The notes beneath the pieces are model-generated. The model did not search any database, had not been told where the DNA came from, and worked only from the letters and a program-made list of their open reading frames with translations. Positions 1 through 13,013 of a stretch of DNA of 64,000 nucleotides are shown piece after piece (within the stretch, counting starts at the first letter, position 1; the number at the start of each line of letters is the position of its first letter). A program made the position numbers and the translations under genes. The DNA is from a virus (Duplodnaviria > Heunggongvirae > Uroviricota > Caudoviricetes), in the IMG/VR virus record IMGVR_UViG_3300030379_000158. One strand, 5' to 3'.

Positions 1-325
1 CAAAACAGGCGGTGTACTGGCCTACACTTTTGGTCCCCGAACCGATCAAACGTGCCGGGAGCTACTGGCACTGCTTATACCCTTCAATATCGGCATGCTC
101 ACCAGCGATGACTGGGGCAGCTATGGCCGGGGGGGGCGAAGAATAAGCATCTGACCGGCAAAATATTCACCCAACGCATTGAGCGTAATAATCTGACGCT
201 ACGCACCCGCATTAAGCAGTTGGCTCGTAAAAAACAATCTGCTTCTCACGCTCAGTTGAGATCCACGAAAAAGTGATCGGAGCGTTTATCGAAAAACACA
301 TGTTCTACTAATTGGATGCACTACC
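1..325 (+). mobile_element. IS1-family insertion sequence, right-hand end only (cut by window edge); transposase 3' part appears frameshifted
   Basis: Translation gives IPFNIGMLTSDDWGSYG...KHLTGKIFTQRIERNNLTLRTRIKQLARK...SVEIHEKVIGAFIEKHMFY*, resembling the IS1 InsB C-terminus but needing frame changes at a G8 run (~135-142) and an A6 run (~224-229). Terminal ttggatgcactacc (~312-325) resembles the IS1 inverted repeat. Confidence 0.55.
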
Positions 326-562
326 CGTGTTTTATACTGCGCTGTTGTTTCTGGTTGCGATTTGGTCTTAGTGTTATTTTTTACTCTATATTATTAATAC
401 CATCCTAATAATTAATTGGTTTGCAATGGTGTTTTTTGTGATCCTGATCACGAAAATATCTCGATATTTATTTAAAAAACTTGAAATGTAAATCAAAAAA
501 AGATAAACATCTTCCCTAAGTGACTTCTTTTCTGTTGAAAAGTTCAATCTAAAGGAAAAAAA

Positions 563-1675
563 ATGAAAAAAATTACAGTGGCACTTTCTACGGTTGCAGC
601 ATCTGTTCTGATGGCAATGTCTGCACAAGCGGCAGAAATCTATAACAAAGACGGTAACAAACTGGATCTGTACGGCAAAGTTAATGCAGAGCATTACTTC
701 TCTTCTTCGGCTAGTGATGACGGGGATAAAACTTATGCTCGTATGGGCTTCAAAGGTGAAACTCAGATTAATGACCAGTTAACCGGTTTTGGTCAGTGGG
801 AGTACGAATTTAAAGGTAACCGTTCTGAAACTGAAGGTTCTGATAAAGATAAAACTCGTCTTGCGTTTGCAGGGCTTCGCTTTGGCGATTATGGTTCGCT
901 CGACTATGGTCGCAACTACGGTGTAGCTTATGATGTTGGCGCTTGGACTGACGTGCTGCCGGAGTTTGGTGGAGATACCTGGACTCAGACTGATGTATTT
1001 ATGACCCAGCGTGCTACTGGCGTCGCGACCTATCGTAACAATAATTTCTTCGGCTTGGTTGATGGTCTGAACTTTGCTTTGCAGTATCAAGGTAAAAATG
1101 ATAGTGCTGCAAAAGTGAACAACTGGAAAGGCCGCGACGAAGTTGAATCTAATGGTGATGGCTTTGGTCTGTCAGCTACTTACGATTATGAAGGATTTGG
1201 CGTTGCTGCAACCTATGCAAAATCTGACCGTACTGATGGACAGGTATCCTATGCTAAAGCCAGCCCTCTGAATGCCTCTGGTAAAACTGCTGAAGTATGG
1301 GCTACGGGCCTGAAATATGATGCAAACAACATTTACCTGGCTACAACTTATTCTGAAACTCAGAATATGACAGTCTTCGGTGATGACCATATCGCGAACA
1401 AGGCGAAAAACTTTGAAGCCGTTGCTCAATACCAGTTTGATTTCGGCCTGCGTCCGTCCATCGCTTACCTACACTCTCGCGGTGAAAATATTGGTGCGTT
1501 CGGTAACCAGGATCTGGTTGAATACATCGACGTGGGCGCGACTTATTACTTTAACAAGAATATGTCCACTTTCGTTGACTATAAGATCAACCTGATCGAT
1601 GAAAGTGATTTTACCAAAAAATCTGGCGTTGCAACCGACAACATCGTTGCTGTTGGTATGACCTACCAATTCTAA
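563..1675 (+). CDS. General porin of the OmpC/OmpF/PhoE family (370 aa) with signal peptide
   Basis: N-terminal signal peptide ending [19 protein letters not shown], repeated aromatic/Gly beta-strand motifs, C-terminal ...VAVGMTYQF typical of enterobacterial trimeric porins. AT-rich flanks. Confidence 0.9.
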   Translation: MKKITVALSTVAASVLMAMSAQAAEIYNKDGNKLDLYGKVNAEHYFSSSASDDGDKTYARMGFKGETQINDQLTGFGQWEYEFKGNRSETEGSDKDKTRLAFAGLRFGDYGSLDYGRNYGVAYDVGAWTDVLPEFGGDTWTQTDVFMTQRATGVATYRNNNFFGLVDGLNFALQYQGKNDSAAKVNNWKGRDEVESNGDGFGLSATYDYEGFGVAATYAKSDRTDGQVSYAKASPLNASGKTAEVWATGLKYDANNIYLATTYSETQNMTVFGDDHIANKAKNFEAVAQYQFDFGLRPSIAYLHSRGENIGAFGNQDLVEYIDVGATYYFNKNMSTFVDYKINLIDESDFTKKSGVATDNIVAVGMTYQF

Positions 1676-1830
1676 TTTTGGTAGGTAAGAATATGCGGGA
1701 AGGGAGTGATGTCACTGCCCGCATATAGGTGGCACCCTCATGCCACCTTTGAAGAGGCAATAAAATTGCCTCTTCTCAATTTAACTTCATGTTATTTATT
1801 ACCTTTTTATTAATTTGAAACTCTATTGTT

Positions 1831-1857
1831 GGGGCGCTTTGTTGCGCCCATTTTTTT
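1831..1857 (+). terminator. Rho-independent terminator after porin gene
   Basis: gggcgc-tttgtt-gcgccc followed by a T7 run. Further perfect hairpins at 1691-1726 and 1751-1775. Confidence 0.5.
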
Positions 1858-1908
1858 ACACCAATTAGGTAAAGTTATTTTTAAGTAATCGAGCAACTTT
1901 CAGCCCTC

Positions 1909-2397
1909 TCAAAATGGAATATCGTCTTCAAAGTCCATTGGAAGTTCGCTATTGGCGTTGCTCTGAGGTTTACCGCCACCGCTGTATTGCTGGTGGTTTT
2001 GAGGTTGGTTTGACTGCCCCCAGCCATTTGAGAATTGTGAATCGTCGCGGCGAGCGCCGATCATTTGCATGGTGCCGCCCTGGCTGACGATAATTTCCGT
2101 CGTGTAACGTTCTACACCGGCGTCATCTGTCCACTTACGGGTTTTAAGTTTCCCTTCGATGTAGACCTGAGAACCTTTTCGTAAATATTCACTCGCAATT
2201 TCAGCAATTTTTCCGAACAAAATGACTTTATGCCATTCTGTTTGCTCTTTCTGTTTGCCTGTTTGCTTGTCGCGCCATGATTCATTCGTTGCGATGCTGA
2301 GTCTTCCGACTGCTCCGCCATTTGGTATATACCTGATATCTGGGTCTTGTCCCAGGGTACCAATCAGGATGACTTTGTTTACACCGCGTTGTGCCAC
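1909..2397 (-). CDS. ssb: Single-stranded DNA-binding protein
   Basis: 162 aa, OB-fold N-terminus [23 protein letters not shown], Gly/Gln-rich linker, acidic tail ...MDFEDDIPF. Confidence 0.95.
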   Translation of the reverse strand: MAQRGVNKVILIGTLGQDPDIRYIPNGGAVGRLSIATNESWRDKQTGKQKEQTEWHKVILFGKIAEIASEYLRKGSQVYIEGKLKTRKWTDDAGVERYTTEIIVSQGGTMQMIGARRDDSQFSNGWGQSNQPQNHQQYSGGGKPQSNANSELPMDFEDDIPF

Positions 2398-2416
2398 TTT
2401 TCTTATCCAACAAAAT

Positions 2417-2433
2417 AAATTAATTAGAGCAAT
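2417..2433 (-). promoter_or_regulatory. C1 repressor operator (16/17 match to ATTGCTCTAATAAATTT), upstream of ssb
   Basis: aaattaattagagcaat on + strand, reverse complement of the P1 C1 operator consensus. At ~21% of genome length from loxP, consistent with the P1 operator named Op21. Confidence 0.65.
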
Positions 2434-2566
2434 AATGTATATCTTTGAAACGTAGCTAACAAGTGATTTGCATTATCCTGTGCCTTCTAAAGGGATCGAG
2501 TCAGTCGGTATTGGCTGTGAATGGGTGTTTGTCCTGGAGCGTAAAAAATTCGCTTATGAGGTCTTT

Positions 2567-3124
2567 ATGAAGGGAAAAACAGCCGCAGGAGGCGGTGCAA
2601 TTTGCGCTATCGCGGTGATGATTACCATCGTGATGGGTAATGGCAATGTGCGAACCAACCAGGCGGGGCTTGAGCTTATCGGAAACGCTGAAGGTTGCCG
2701 ACGTGATCCATACATGTGCCCGGCAGGGGTATGGACTGACGGGATCGGTAATACACACGGGGTAACGCCGGGTGTGCGAAAAACAGACCAGCAAATCGCC
2801 GCTGATTGGGAAAAGAATATCCTGATCGTTGAACGCTGTATTAATCAGCACTTCCGGGGCAAAGACATGCCCGATAATGCCTTCAGTGCAATGACAAGCG
2901 CGGCATTCAATATGGGATGCAATAGCTTACGGACCTACTACAGCAAAGCGCGAGGCATGCGAGTAGAAACGTCCATCCACAAGTGGGCGCAGAAAGGGGA
3001 ATGGGTGAATATGTGTAACCATCTCCCTGATTTCGTGAACAGTAACGGCGTGCCCCTGCGAGGTTTAAAGATTCGCCGTGAAAAAGAACGCCAGCTTTGC
3101 CTGACGGGACTGGTCAATGAATAA
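2567..3124 (+). CDS. lyz: SAR endolysin (lysozyme), P1 Lyz-like, 185 aa
   Basis: MKGKTAAGGGAICAIAVMITIVMG signal-anchor-release segment followed by lysozyme core ELIGNAEGCRRDPY...GIGNTHG. The ORF-table start at 2468 is rejected; ATG at 2567 follows GAGG. Confidence 0.9.
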   Translation: MKGKTAAGGGAICAIAVMITIVMGNGNVRTNQAGLELIGNAEGCRRDPYMCPAGVWTDGIGNTHGVTPGVRKTDQQIAADWEKNILIVERCINQHFRGKDMPDNAFSAMTSAAFNMGCNSLRTYYSKARGMRVETSIHKWAQKGEWVNMCNHLPDFVNSNGVPLRGLKIRREKERQLCLTGLVNE

Positions 3125-3371
3125 GCTCCGGCAGCTCCGCCGACTTTCGACAATGAAGTTATCGCTGGCGGCGATAGTTTTCGACTCGATTTTCATGGCG
3201 GTATATGTGCTCAATGAGACGTGGCCACTGGAACCGCTATTGTATGCTGGGCTTCGGCTGTGCCTGACATTTTTGAGCATGGCTGCAAGATTGATGCAGC
3301 AGAAAGAAACCGCTTCAGATTGTCCACGCCGCGCGGTGCGCAAATATATGGCACGCAGGCGAAGGCGATAA
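3117..3371 (+). CDS. Putative holin-like small membrane protein
   Basis: Start overlaps lyz stop; two hydrophobic segments and a strongly basic C-terminus (RRAVRKYMARRRRR). Confidence 0.4.
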   Translation: MNKLRQLRRLSTMKLSLAAIVFDSIFMAVYVLNETWPLEPLLYAGLRLCLTFLSMAARLMQQKETASDCPRRAVRKYMARRRRR

Positions 3372-3381
3372 TAGTTAACGA

Positions 3382-3410
3382 GAACCCCGGCATCCGCCGG
3401 GGTTATTTTT
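3382..3410 (+). terminator. Rho-independent terminator
   Basis: aaccccgg-catc-ccggggtt followed by atttttgg. Confidence 0.5.
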
Positions 3411-3415
3411 GGTGG

Positions 3416-6146
<2,731 letters not shown>

Positions 6147-6184
6147 TTAATTAGAATAATTCGCATCGTGTTTTAACGGAATTT

Positions 6185-6201
6185 AACACTAGTCACTTGT
6201 T
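6185..6201. promoter_or_regulatory. Candidate late-promoter box (near-palindrome aacactagtcacttgtt) in darB/prt divergent region
   Basis: Motif ACAAGTGAC also found upstream of lyz (2458-2466), mat (19574-19583, reverse complement) and the baseplate operon (43233-43245), each followed within ~10 nt by a -10-like hexamer. Confidence 0.35.
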
Positions 6202-6212
6202 AATGATTACCA

Positions 6213-9200
6213 ATGAACAAGCTATCTATGGGGGTGTTTCGCTGTTCAAGTGTCAGCGAAATATTGAAATACATTAGGGCAATAACATCTCACCGAGCGC
6301 CGATTAAATACGGCGTGGAAAAGGTGGAAGGCAAAAGCTATGACCGACTGCGCCGGGAGGCGAATCAGAAGGCGATAGATTTGCTTAATTCGCTGGTGGA
6401 CGGCGCGACACTGACAGATGAACAGCGCCAGATCCTGGCCGGGTACACTGGTGAAGGCGGCATTGGCGGGTCCGTCTCCGAATATTACACACCAAAGCCT
6501 ATCGCTGAAGGTGTCTGGGAGATCATGAAGCTCTACGGCGCGGACGTAGGTAACACTCTGGAACCATCGGCGGGAACCGGCGTTTTTAATGAGACAAAAC
6601 CGGTTGGTACGGTGATGACCGCGACTGAGATCAGCAGTGTTTCCGGTCGTATAAACCAGTTGTTACACCCGGAAGACAGCGTACAGATTTCCCCGTTCGA
6701 ACAGCTGGCTATAAACACGCCTAACGATTCATTCGACCATGTTGTGGGTAACGTTCCGTTCGGCGGTCGTGATAACACACGCAACATCGATAAGCCTTAC
6801 GCAGAAGAAACGGACATGGGGTCTTACTTCATGCTCCGCATGCTGGACAAGATAAAACCTGGCGGATTCATGTGTGTGATTGTGCCGCCGTCCATTGTTT
6901 CAGGTTCAAACATGAAGCGGTTACGCCTGCGCTTATCCCGTAAAGCTGAATTTCTTGGCGCTCACCGCTTGCCTACCGGTACTTTTGACGCAAACGGGAC
7001 CAGTACAGTCGTTGATGTGGTGCTGATGCGCAAACATCCGGCAGAGATGGCTGAGAAAATCCCCCTGGTGGATGAAAGCACTCTTGAATCGGCAAATGTG
7101 CTTTGGCCAACGTTTATTTCTGGCAAGTGGTTTGAAAAGGACGGTCGCCGGTTTGTTCATGGCACCCAGGAAAAGGGCTTCCAGGGGCGTATTGAGGTTC
7201 GTGCCGACGGTCAGATTGATAACCAGGCTCTTAAAGCGAAGCTGATTCATCGTTTCGAAAGCCGTATCGACTGGTCTTTGCTCGATATGGCTGAACCGTC
7301 ACCGACCGCAGACGTTGTTGGTGAAGGGGAAATGCGCCTGATTAATGGCGTATGGCAAAAATATGCTGGTGGTCGCTGGATTGAAGCTGATGCCGGGAAG
7401 GAACTTAAGATCGATGCTGCCAGTTATGGCGCGGATAGCTGGGAGGCTCTTCAGCGTAACCTGACTACAACAGAAGGCCGTCTCGGCATGACATTTACCC
7501 AGATGGCAAATGTCCGCGATAAGTACACCACATCAATCAGCGACGATATGGTGCAGCTGGTGGACTGGATTAACAGCCAGCCTGAAAAATACCGTGAACG
7601 CTTGTATCGCGGGGCGATGATTGGCCGGATGTTAATTGAATATCAGGACATGAAGGCCGCCGGGCATAGTGCTGAACAAATCGAACAGCAGCGCCTTTCT
7701 CTGGTATCCCGTTTGCAGGCAGAGATTGACCGTTTTGGTAACCCCGGTCGCGGTCCGATAGCGAAATTGTCGGGGAGCGGTGCGCGCGCCTGGTTTGCTT
7801 TCCGTGGTGCGATTAAGCTGGATGGCACTATTTCTGACGAGCTGACAGGAAAGCTGGTTACGCATGATTCCAGCGCCAGTTATGACTCCACCAGCTATCA
7901 GGACACCCTGCGTTATCTCTATAGCGATCTTACCCGCGATCCAATCCAGCTCGATGATTTCCGCCTTGCGTTTACCGGCGAACTGCCAGCCAGTGATGAA
8001 GAGTTGCTTAATTTATTGGCCAGCACCCCTGGTATTGCGGTTTCACCGTATGGCGGGATTGTTCCGTTCGCCCGCGCCACCAGCGGCGACATTAACGAGA
8101 TAGTGGCTCCAAAACAGGAATTTCTTGCCACACTCCCCGACGGTCCAGTAAAGAACAACGTCCTTAATCAGCTGGCAGCGATCGAAGAGAAGCGCATCAA
8201 GACGCCAGCAGAGAATATCCGCTTTAAGCTCAATAGCCGTTGGTTCGACCGCTCCGTCATTCTGGAATTTTTGCAGGAAAACGGCTATCCGGATCTGCGC
8301 TATGTGCAGTCAGTGCAGCTGGAAGGCGACGAAATGGTTTCTGACACCTATCACGGTGGTGATGGTCTGTTCGTCGGGCACCGATACGGTGTCGTCCAGC
8401 GCAAGGATAAAGAAACAGGCGAGATCCGCTACGAGTGGGACCGTAAATCAGGTGAAAACGCGACCGGGTTCCCGGCACAGCTGGAAAAGTATCTCAATGG
8501 TGCGCGTATCGGTGGCAAAGATAGCGCGACGGCGAACGGCTACCGCGAGCAGATGGCACTGCTTGAGGACCAGTTCAATAAGTGGATCAAGACGCACGAT
8601 CGCTACGATGAACTGGTTGCCAAATACAACGATGTGTTCAATAGCAATATCCCGTATGAACACTCTGGCGATCCGCTTGGGTTGAAGGGATTAAGCGGTA
8701 AGCGCCAGCCATTTGATTACCAGAATAGCGAGGTGAGACGACTGTCCGAAGATGGGCGCGGCATCCTGGGCTTCGGCACCGGGCTGGGTAAAACGACGAC
8801 CGCGCTGGCGCTTGAGGCGTTCAACTATGAGAACGGTCGCTCCACCCGTACTGCGTATGTAGTGCCTAAATCAGTGCTGGAAAACTGGTATTACGAAGCA
8901 AAAGAGTTCCTGAGTGAAGAGGCATTCAGTAACTACCTGTTCGTCGGTCTTGATGTGCTGATGGATGGCGATCAGATTCGCCAGGTGCCGGTGCTCAATG
9001 AGAACGGTAAACCTGTTCTTGGTACTGATGGCACTCCAGTTATGCGCGATGCTCTTAAGCTGGCAGATGAAGCCACTATCACGGCGCGGATGAACGCGAT
9101 CCCGCACTCAAATTACCGTGCAGTCGTGTTTACCAAAGAACAATACGCCCGCATTCCGCTACGTGATGACACCGTAGATGAGCATGCACAGGATATGCTT

Positions 9201-12200
9201 TATGACTTCGTTGCAGCCGGGCGCGTAGCCAGCGCAATGGACTCCGACTCCCACCGCAAAGAGGCCGCGCGTCGCCGGGTATTGTCGGAGTATTCAGATA
9301 CCGGCACCGAAAAAGCAGAGAAGTATCCGTACTTTGAGGATATGGGCTTCGATAGTGTGATCGCCGACGAAGGTCACAACTACCGCAATAGCTATAAAAA
9401 TGGTCGCGAAGCGTCACAACTGGCCTATCTGCCCACCAGCGCGGTGGCGCAATCGGCGCGAGATATGGCAATTAAAAACGCGTACCTGATGAAAAAGAAT
9501 GGCGGGCGCGGGCCGGTTCTCCTGACTGCAACGCCAGTCGTTAACATCCCGATCGATGCATACAACATGCTTTCTCATGTTCTGCCGAAGGAATACTGGC
9601 AGAACATGGGGATCTACGGTCCTGATGACTTCGTTAAATTCTTCGGCAAGACCAGGCTGGAAACGGTACAGAAAATTAGCGGTGAAGTTGAAGAAAAAAT
9701 GGCGCTGGTGGGCTTTGAAAACCTTGATGCGCTGCGCGGTATATTCCATCGCTGGGTAACGCTTAAAACGGCGGAAGACGTTAAGGATACCGTGGAGATC
9801 CCGGAGCTGGACGAACACCAGCAGGATGCACCACTTACTGAAGAACAACTGGCGGCGTATGAAGAATTGCGTCAGCAGGCGGAAGCGGCGGCCAAAGCCA
9901 ACAATGGCGTAACGACCTCGGTCAATGAAGACGGCGTGATTGAGCACGAGAAAGCCCGTCCGATCTTCTCAATAATCAGGGATATGGACCGCGTATGTAC
10001 TGACATGGACCTGTACTATCGCCGGATCACCTATCGTTTCCTGCCGGAGTACGCCGATGCGGTGCAGCAGCTGGCGGACAGTTTGCCTAAACAAGCCACC
10101 AGCGAAGACGACGACAGTGATGATTCAATCACGCAGCAATCGCAATACTCCCTGATAGATAAGGGCGAGTTTATTCAGTTGCAGGTTCCGGAAGCGTTCG
10201 AGCAGGAAGTGAATAAGCGCCTGGCCAGGTTTGGCATTGACGAACAGACCGTAACTCACCCCGTTACGCCGAAATACGCGAAGCTGATCGCCACGCTGAA
10301 GGAGTTTTTCCCGGAAGGTAAGCAAATCATCTTCACCGATGAAAAAACGCAGCACCAGAAGCTCAAGCGCATTATCTGCAATGCTCTAAACCTTGAACCT
10401 TCAAAGGTGGGGATCCTGAATGCTCAGACGGTTGCCGAGGCAGGTAAAACCGGTAAGAAACTGAAAGCGGTTAAACCGCCGAAAGAGCTACCGGATGAAC
10501 CAACAGATGCACAGATAGCGAAATACAACGAGCAAATGGCTCTGTATGACGCCTATATCGCGCAGCAAAATGAAATGTCGTTGGGCGGTCTGGAAAAGAT
10601 TGCAGCCGACTTCCAGGAGGGCCGGACTCCGATCATCATCTGCAACAAAAAGGCAGAGGTGGGTATCAACCTGCATCGAGGAACGACTGACATCCATCAT
10701 CTGACGTTGCCATGGACACCAGCCAGCATCGCACAACGTAACGGTCGCGGTGCACGAGTTGGCTCCAACCGTGCAAGCGTTCGCGTTCACTACTACTGCG
10801 GCAAGGGGTCTTTCGATGAATACCGACTGAAGACGCTGAAGCGTAAAGCAGGCTGGATCTCCGATATCCTCCGTTCAGATAAGTCAGAAATGGAGAACGC
10901 CGACGCCAATGACATGATCGAAATGCAGATGTATACCGCGAAGGATGACGGCGAACGTCTGGCAATGATGCAGGTTCAAATGGATAAGGCGAAAGCTGCG
11001 AAACGCGCTCGCCAGAAAGAACAGGCTACTATCGACCTTCAGAACTACATCAAGGCGCAGCACGCAGCTGGTGAGGATGTGGAGGTACTTACCGCTGAAT
11101 TGGAGCGAAGCAAAGCGGAACTTGAAAAGACCACCGCCGAGGTAGCTAAATTCAAACAGGCGGTAATGGCCAAAGCAGCTGATAACGCAGACTGGAAAGC
11201 CCGCTGGGGTAGCGTCCATCACACAGACCGTATGTTGTTAGCACAGTATCGCGCGTCGTTGAAAAGCGCCATTCAGCGCAAGGCTAATATCTCTCAGGCC
11301 ATCTCCCGCTATGAGAAATTATTGAACCGTACTCAGAAGGCCGCGACGGATATCAAACGCCTGCGCCCGCTGGTGGAGGATGCAATAAATAAAGGCATTC
11401 TGGATGTTGATCCTGACCTGGTTAACCATGCGAGTGAGTTCCTTGTTATCGGCGATCGCTCATGGCGTGTAGGCCAATACTACGATTGTGCCGGTGATAT
11501 CGTTCGCATTAAGTCGCTGGACTTCGACAGCCAGCGCGCAGACGTGGAGATCATCTTTACCTTCAAAGGCACCAAATCGGGTAACTGGGATGTGAAGACG
11601 CTGGATAAACAGGTGGATGTAACTCCCGATGAAGATGCTGTTATGCAGAAAATCAGTGGTGGCGTCTCCATCGCCGGGATTAACGACATCATTTCCTGTG
11701 ACGATTTCTACCGTTTCCAGCAGCGCGGCATGATCAAAATAACTGACTCGTACGGCGTTCAGACTACAGAGTCAGGCTATAGCATTGATTTTGTTGGTAC
11801 CTATACGGACCCACTGAAGCATGCGGTTTACCCGGATCGCCGTGACGGCGCGCTGAAGTCGTCAATTGCAAAATGGGTGCTTGGTATGATGTCGGAAGGG
11901 AATAACCGCCAGATCCGTTCGGCAGAAACATTCCTGGTTGAATTGTTTGGCTCCAATTATGGCGATGTAATCGCGTCATACGGAGATACGCTATCCCCTG
12001 AAGCAATTCAGGAGAAAATAGCGGATGCGATCGCCAGAATGCCGGAAAAAACAAGCCAGGGGGCTACTCGTAACGGGGATTCTGAACTTGAAGTCACCAA
12101 TGCCATTTTCGGTACCAATGAGTTCCGGGGGTCAGATTATGAGATCACCACAGCACAGTTTGGCACCATTGGCATTTACAGCAATAAAGCCGAGATCAAG

Positions 12201-12980
12201 CAGGCAATGGACGCAGCAAGCGCGCGCATCGCAGCAGAACGGGAAGCCAATCTGAATCATGCAGTCGCCGCGCTGACTCAATCGTGGGTAACAGCAATCA
12301 GGGAGGCCGCCACCACAGGGAAAATCACACCTGCAATAGCGGATGTCGTAAACGACGGCTCTAAATTTATGGATGCCTATCAAATGGATGCGGTGAAGTT
12401 GCCATCAGCCTATGGTCAACTCAGCTATCGCATGACCTACAACCTGGTATCAATGTTTTCCGACCTTGCCATCCTTGGGCTGGTGGATCTTAACGAGGTT
12501 ACGCCGGAATTGCTCAGCATGCGCAAGAATCATGTGGAGATATTGCAGAGAATTAACACGGTTCTTGCCGGGCGCACCGATGAAGAGAAACAGGCCGACG
12601 CTGATCGGATAAACCTAGCCCTTGGCAACATCACGGAGGAAGAGATTGCCGCCAGAAACGAGAAACAAGAAGAGTTATCATCAATACAGGGTGATGCCAC
12701 CAGCATAGCTCAGTCTCTTGGTCTGAATTATCGCGTATCCACCGCCGACCTGAAGATGATGTACGCACCAAAATTCGCCGCTGGCGAGGTATTTGGGCTT
12801 CAGGAAGCCTCAGGCATGAAAGGCGTTCTTTTCCGTGCGAAAGACGCAATCAAGGCGAAATTCGGCGCTCGCTGGCTGCCAGCGAAGGCGAAGAACAGCG
12901 ATTTCCCGGGTAACTGGTGGATTATCGAGACAAAACACAACGTGGCGGACGTTCTGGCCGTCATCCAACAATACGCATAA
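6213..12980 (+). CDS. darB: Defence-against-restriction protein DarB-like: N6-adenine methyltransferase fused to SF2 helicase (2255 aa)
   Basis: Giant ORF; methyltransferase motif VVGNVPFGG near the N-terminus; helicase motifs GFGTGLGKT and ADEGHN. Length matches the recalled P1 DarB. Confidence 0.85.
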   Translation: MNKLSMGVFRCSSVSEILKYIRAITSHRAPIKYGVEKVEGKSYDRLRREANQKAIDLLNSLVDGATLTDEQRQILAGYTGEGGIGGSVSEYYTPKPIAEGVWEIMKLYGADVGNTLEPSAGTGVFNETKPVGTVMTATEISSVSGRINQLLHPEDSVQISPFEQLAINTPNDSFDHVVGNVPFGGRDNTRNIDKPYAEETDMGSYFMLRMLDKIKPGGFMCVIVPPSIVSGSNMKRLRLRLSRKAEFLGAHRLPTGTFDANGTSTVVDVVLMRKHPAEMAEKIPLVDESTLESANVLWPTFISGKWFEKDGRRFVHGTQEKGFQGRIEVRADGQIDNQALKAKLIHRFESRIDWSLLDMAEPSPTADVVGEGEMRLINGVWQKYAGGRWIEADAGKELKIDAASYGADSWEALQRNLTTTEGRLGMTFTQMANVRDKYTTSISDDMVQLVDWINSQPEKYRERLYRGAMIGRMLIEYQDMKAAGHSAEQIEQQRLSLVSRLQAEIDRFGNPGRGPIAKLSGSGARAWFAFRGAIKLDGTISDELTGKLVTHDSSASYDSTSYQDTLRYLYSDLTRDPIQLDDFRLAFTGELPASDEELLNLLASTPGIAVSPYGGIVPFARATSGDINEIVAPKQEFLATLPDGPVKNNVLNQLAAIEEKRIKTPAENIRFKLNSRWFDRSVILEFLQENGYPDLRYVQSVQLEGDEMVSDTYHGGDGLFVGHRYGVVQRKDKETGEIRYEWDRKSGENATGFPAQLEKYLNGARIGGKDSATANGYREQMALLEDQFNKWIKTHDRYDELVAKYNDVFNSNIPYEHSGDPLGLKGLSGKRQPFDYQNSEVRRLSEDGRGILGFGTGLGKTTTALALEAFNYENGRSTRTAYVVPKSVLENWYYEAKEFLSEEAFSNYLFVGLDVLMDGDQIRQVPVLNENGKPVLGTDGTPVMRDALKLADEATITARMNAIPHSNYRAVVFTKEQYARIPLRDDTVDEHAQDMLYDFVAAGRVASAMDSDSHRKEAARRRVLSEYSDTGTEKAEKYPYFEDMGFDSVIADEGHNYRNSYKNGREASQLAYLPTSAVAQSARDMAIKNAYLMKKNGGRGPVLLTATPVVNIPIDAYNMLSHVLPKEYWQNMGIYGPDDFVKFFGKTRLETVQKISGEVEEKMALVGFENLDALRGIFHRWVTLKTAEDVKDTVEIPELDEHQQDAPLTEEQLAAYEELRQQAEAAAKANNGVTTSVNEDGVIEHEKARPIFSIIRDMDRVCTDMDLYYRRITYRFLPEYADAVQQLADSLPKQATSEDDDSDDSITQQSQYSLIDKGEFIQLQVPEAFEQEVNKRLARFGIDEQTVTHPVTPKYAKLIATLKEFFPEGKQIIFTDEKTQHQKLKRIICNALNLEPSKVGILNAQTVAEAGKTGKKLKAVKPPKELPDEPTDAQIAKYNEQMALYDAYIAQQNEMSLGGLEKIAADFQEGRTPIIICNKKAEVGINLHRGTTDIHHLTLPWTPASIAQRNGRGARVGSNRASVRVHYYCGKGSFDEYRLKTLKRKAGWISDILRSDKSEMENADANDMIEMQMYTAKDDGERLAMMQVQMDKAKAAKRARQKEQATIDLQNYIKAQHAAGEDVEVLTAELERSKAELEKTTAEVAKFKQAVMAKAADNADWKARWGSVHHTDRMLLAQYRASLKSAIQRKANISQAISRYEKLLNRTQKAATDIKRLRPLVEDAINKGILDVDPDLVNHASEFLVIGDRSWRVGQYYDCAGDIVRIKSLDFDSQRADVEIIFTFKGTKSGNWDVKTLDKQVDVTPDEDAVMQKISGGVSIAGINDIISCDDFYRFQQRGMIKITDSYGVQTTESGYSIDFVGTYTDPLKHAVYPDRRDGALKSSIAKWVLGMMSEGNNRQIRSAETFLVELFGSNYGDVIASYGDTLSPEAIQEKIADAIARMPEKTSQGATRNGDSELEVTNAIFGTNEFRGSDYEITTAQFGTIGIYSNKAEIKQAMDAASARIAAEREANLNHAVAALTQSWVTAIREAATTGKITPAIADVVNDGSKFMDAYQMDAVKLPSAYGQLSYRMTYNLVSMFSDLAILGLVDLNEVTPELLSMRKNHVEILQRINTVLAGRTDEEKQADADRINLALGNITEEEIAARNEKQEELSSIQGDATSIAQSLGLNYRVSTADLKMMYAPKFAAGEVFGLQEASGMKGVLFRAKDAIKAKFGARWLPAKAKNSDFPGNWWIIETKHNVADVLAVIQQYA

Positions 12981-13013
12981 CAGGAGCGCCCGGTTCGCCG
13001 GGCGTCGCATAAT

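Noticed and set aside
2468-2566. Long N-terminal extension of the lyz ORF in the ORF table
   Set aside because: The extension lacks an RBS and overlaps the C1 operator and promoter region; the ATG at 2567 with GAGG gives the 185-aa SAR endolysin.
6533-12849. Numerous 60-180-aa ORFs on the minus strand inside darB, and similar antisense ORFs within res, mod, pacB, dmt
   Set aside because: Fully embedded antisense in long coding regions with strong domain evidence on the other strand; no RBS or independent support.
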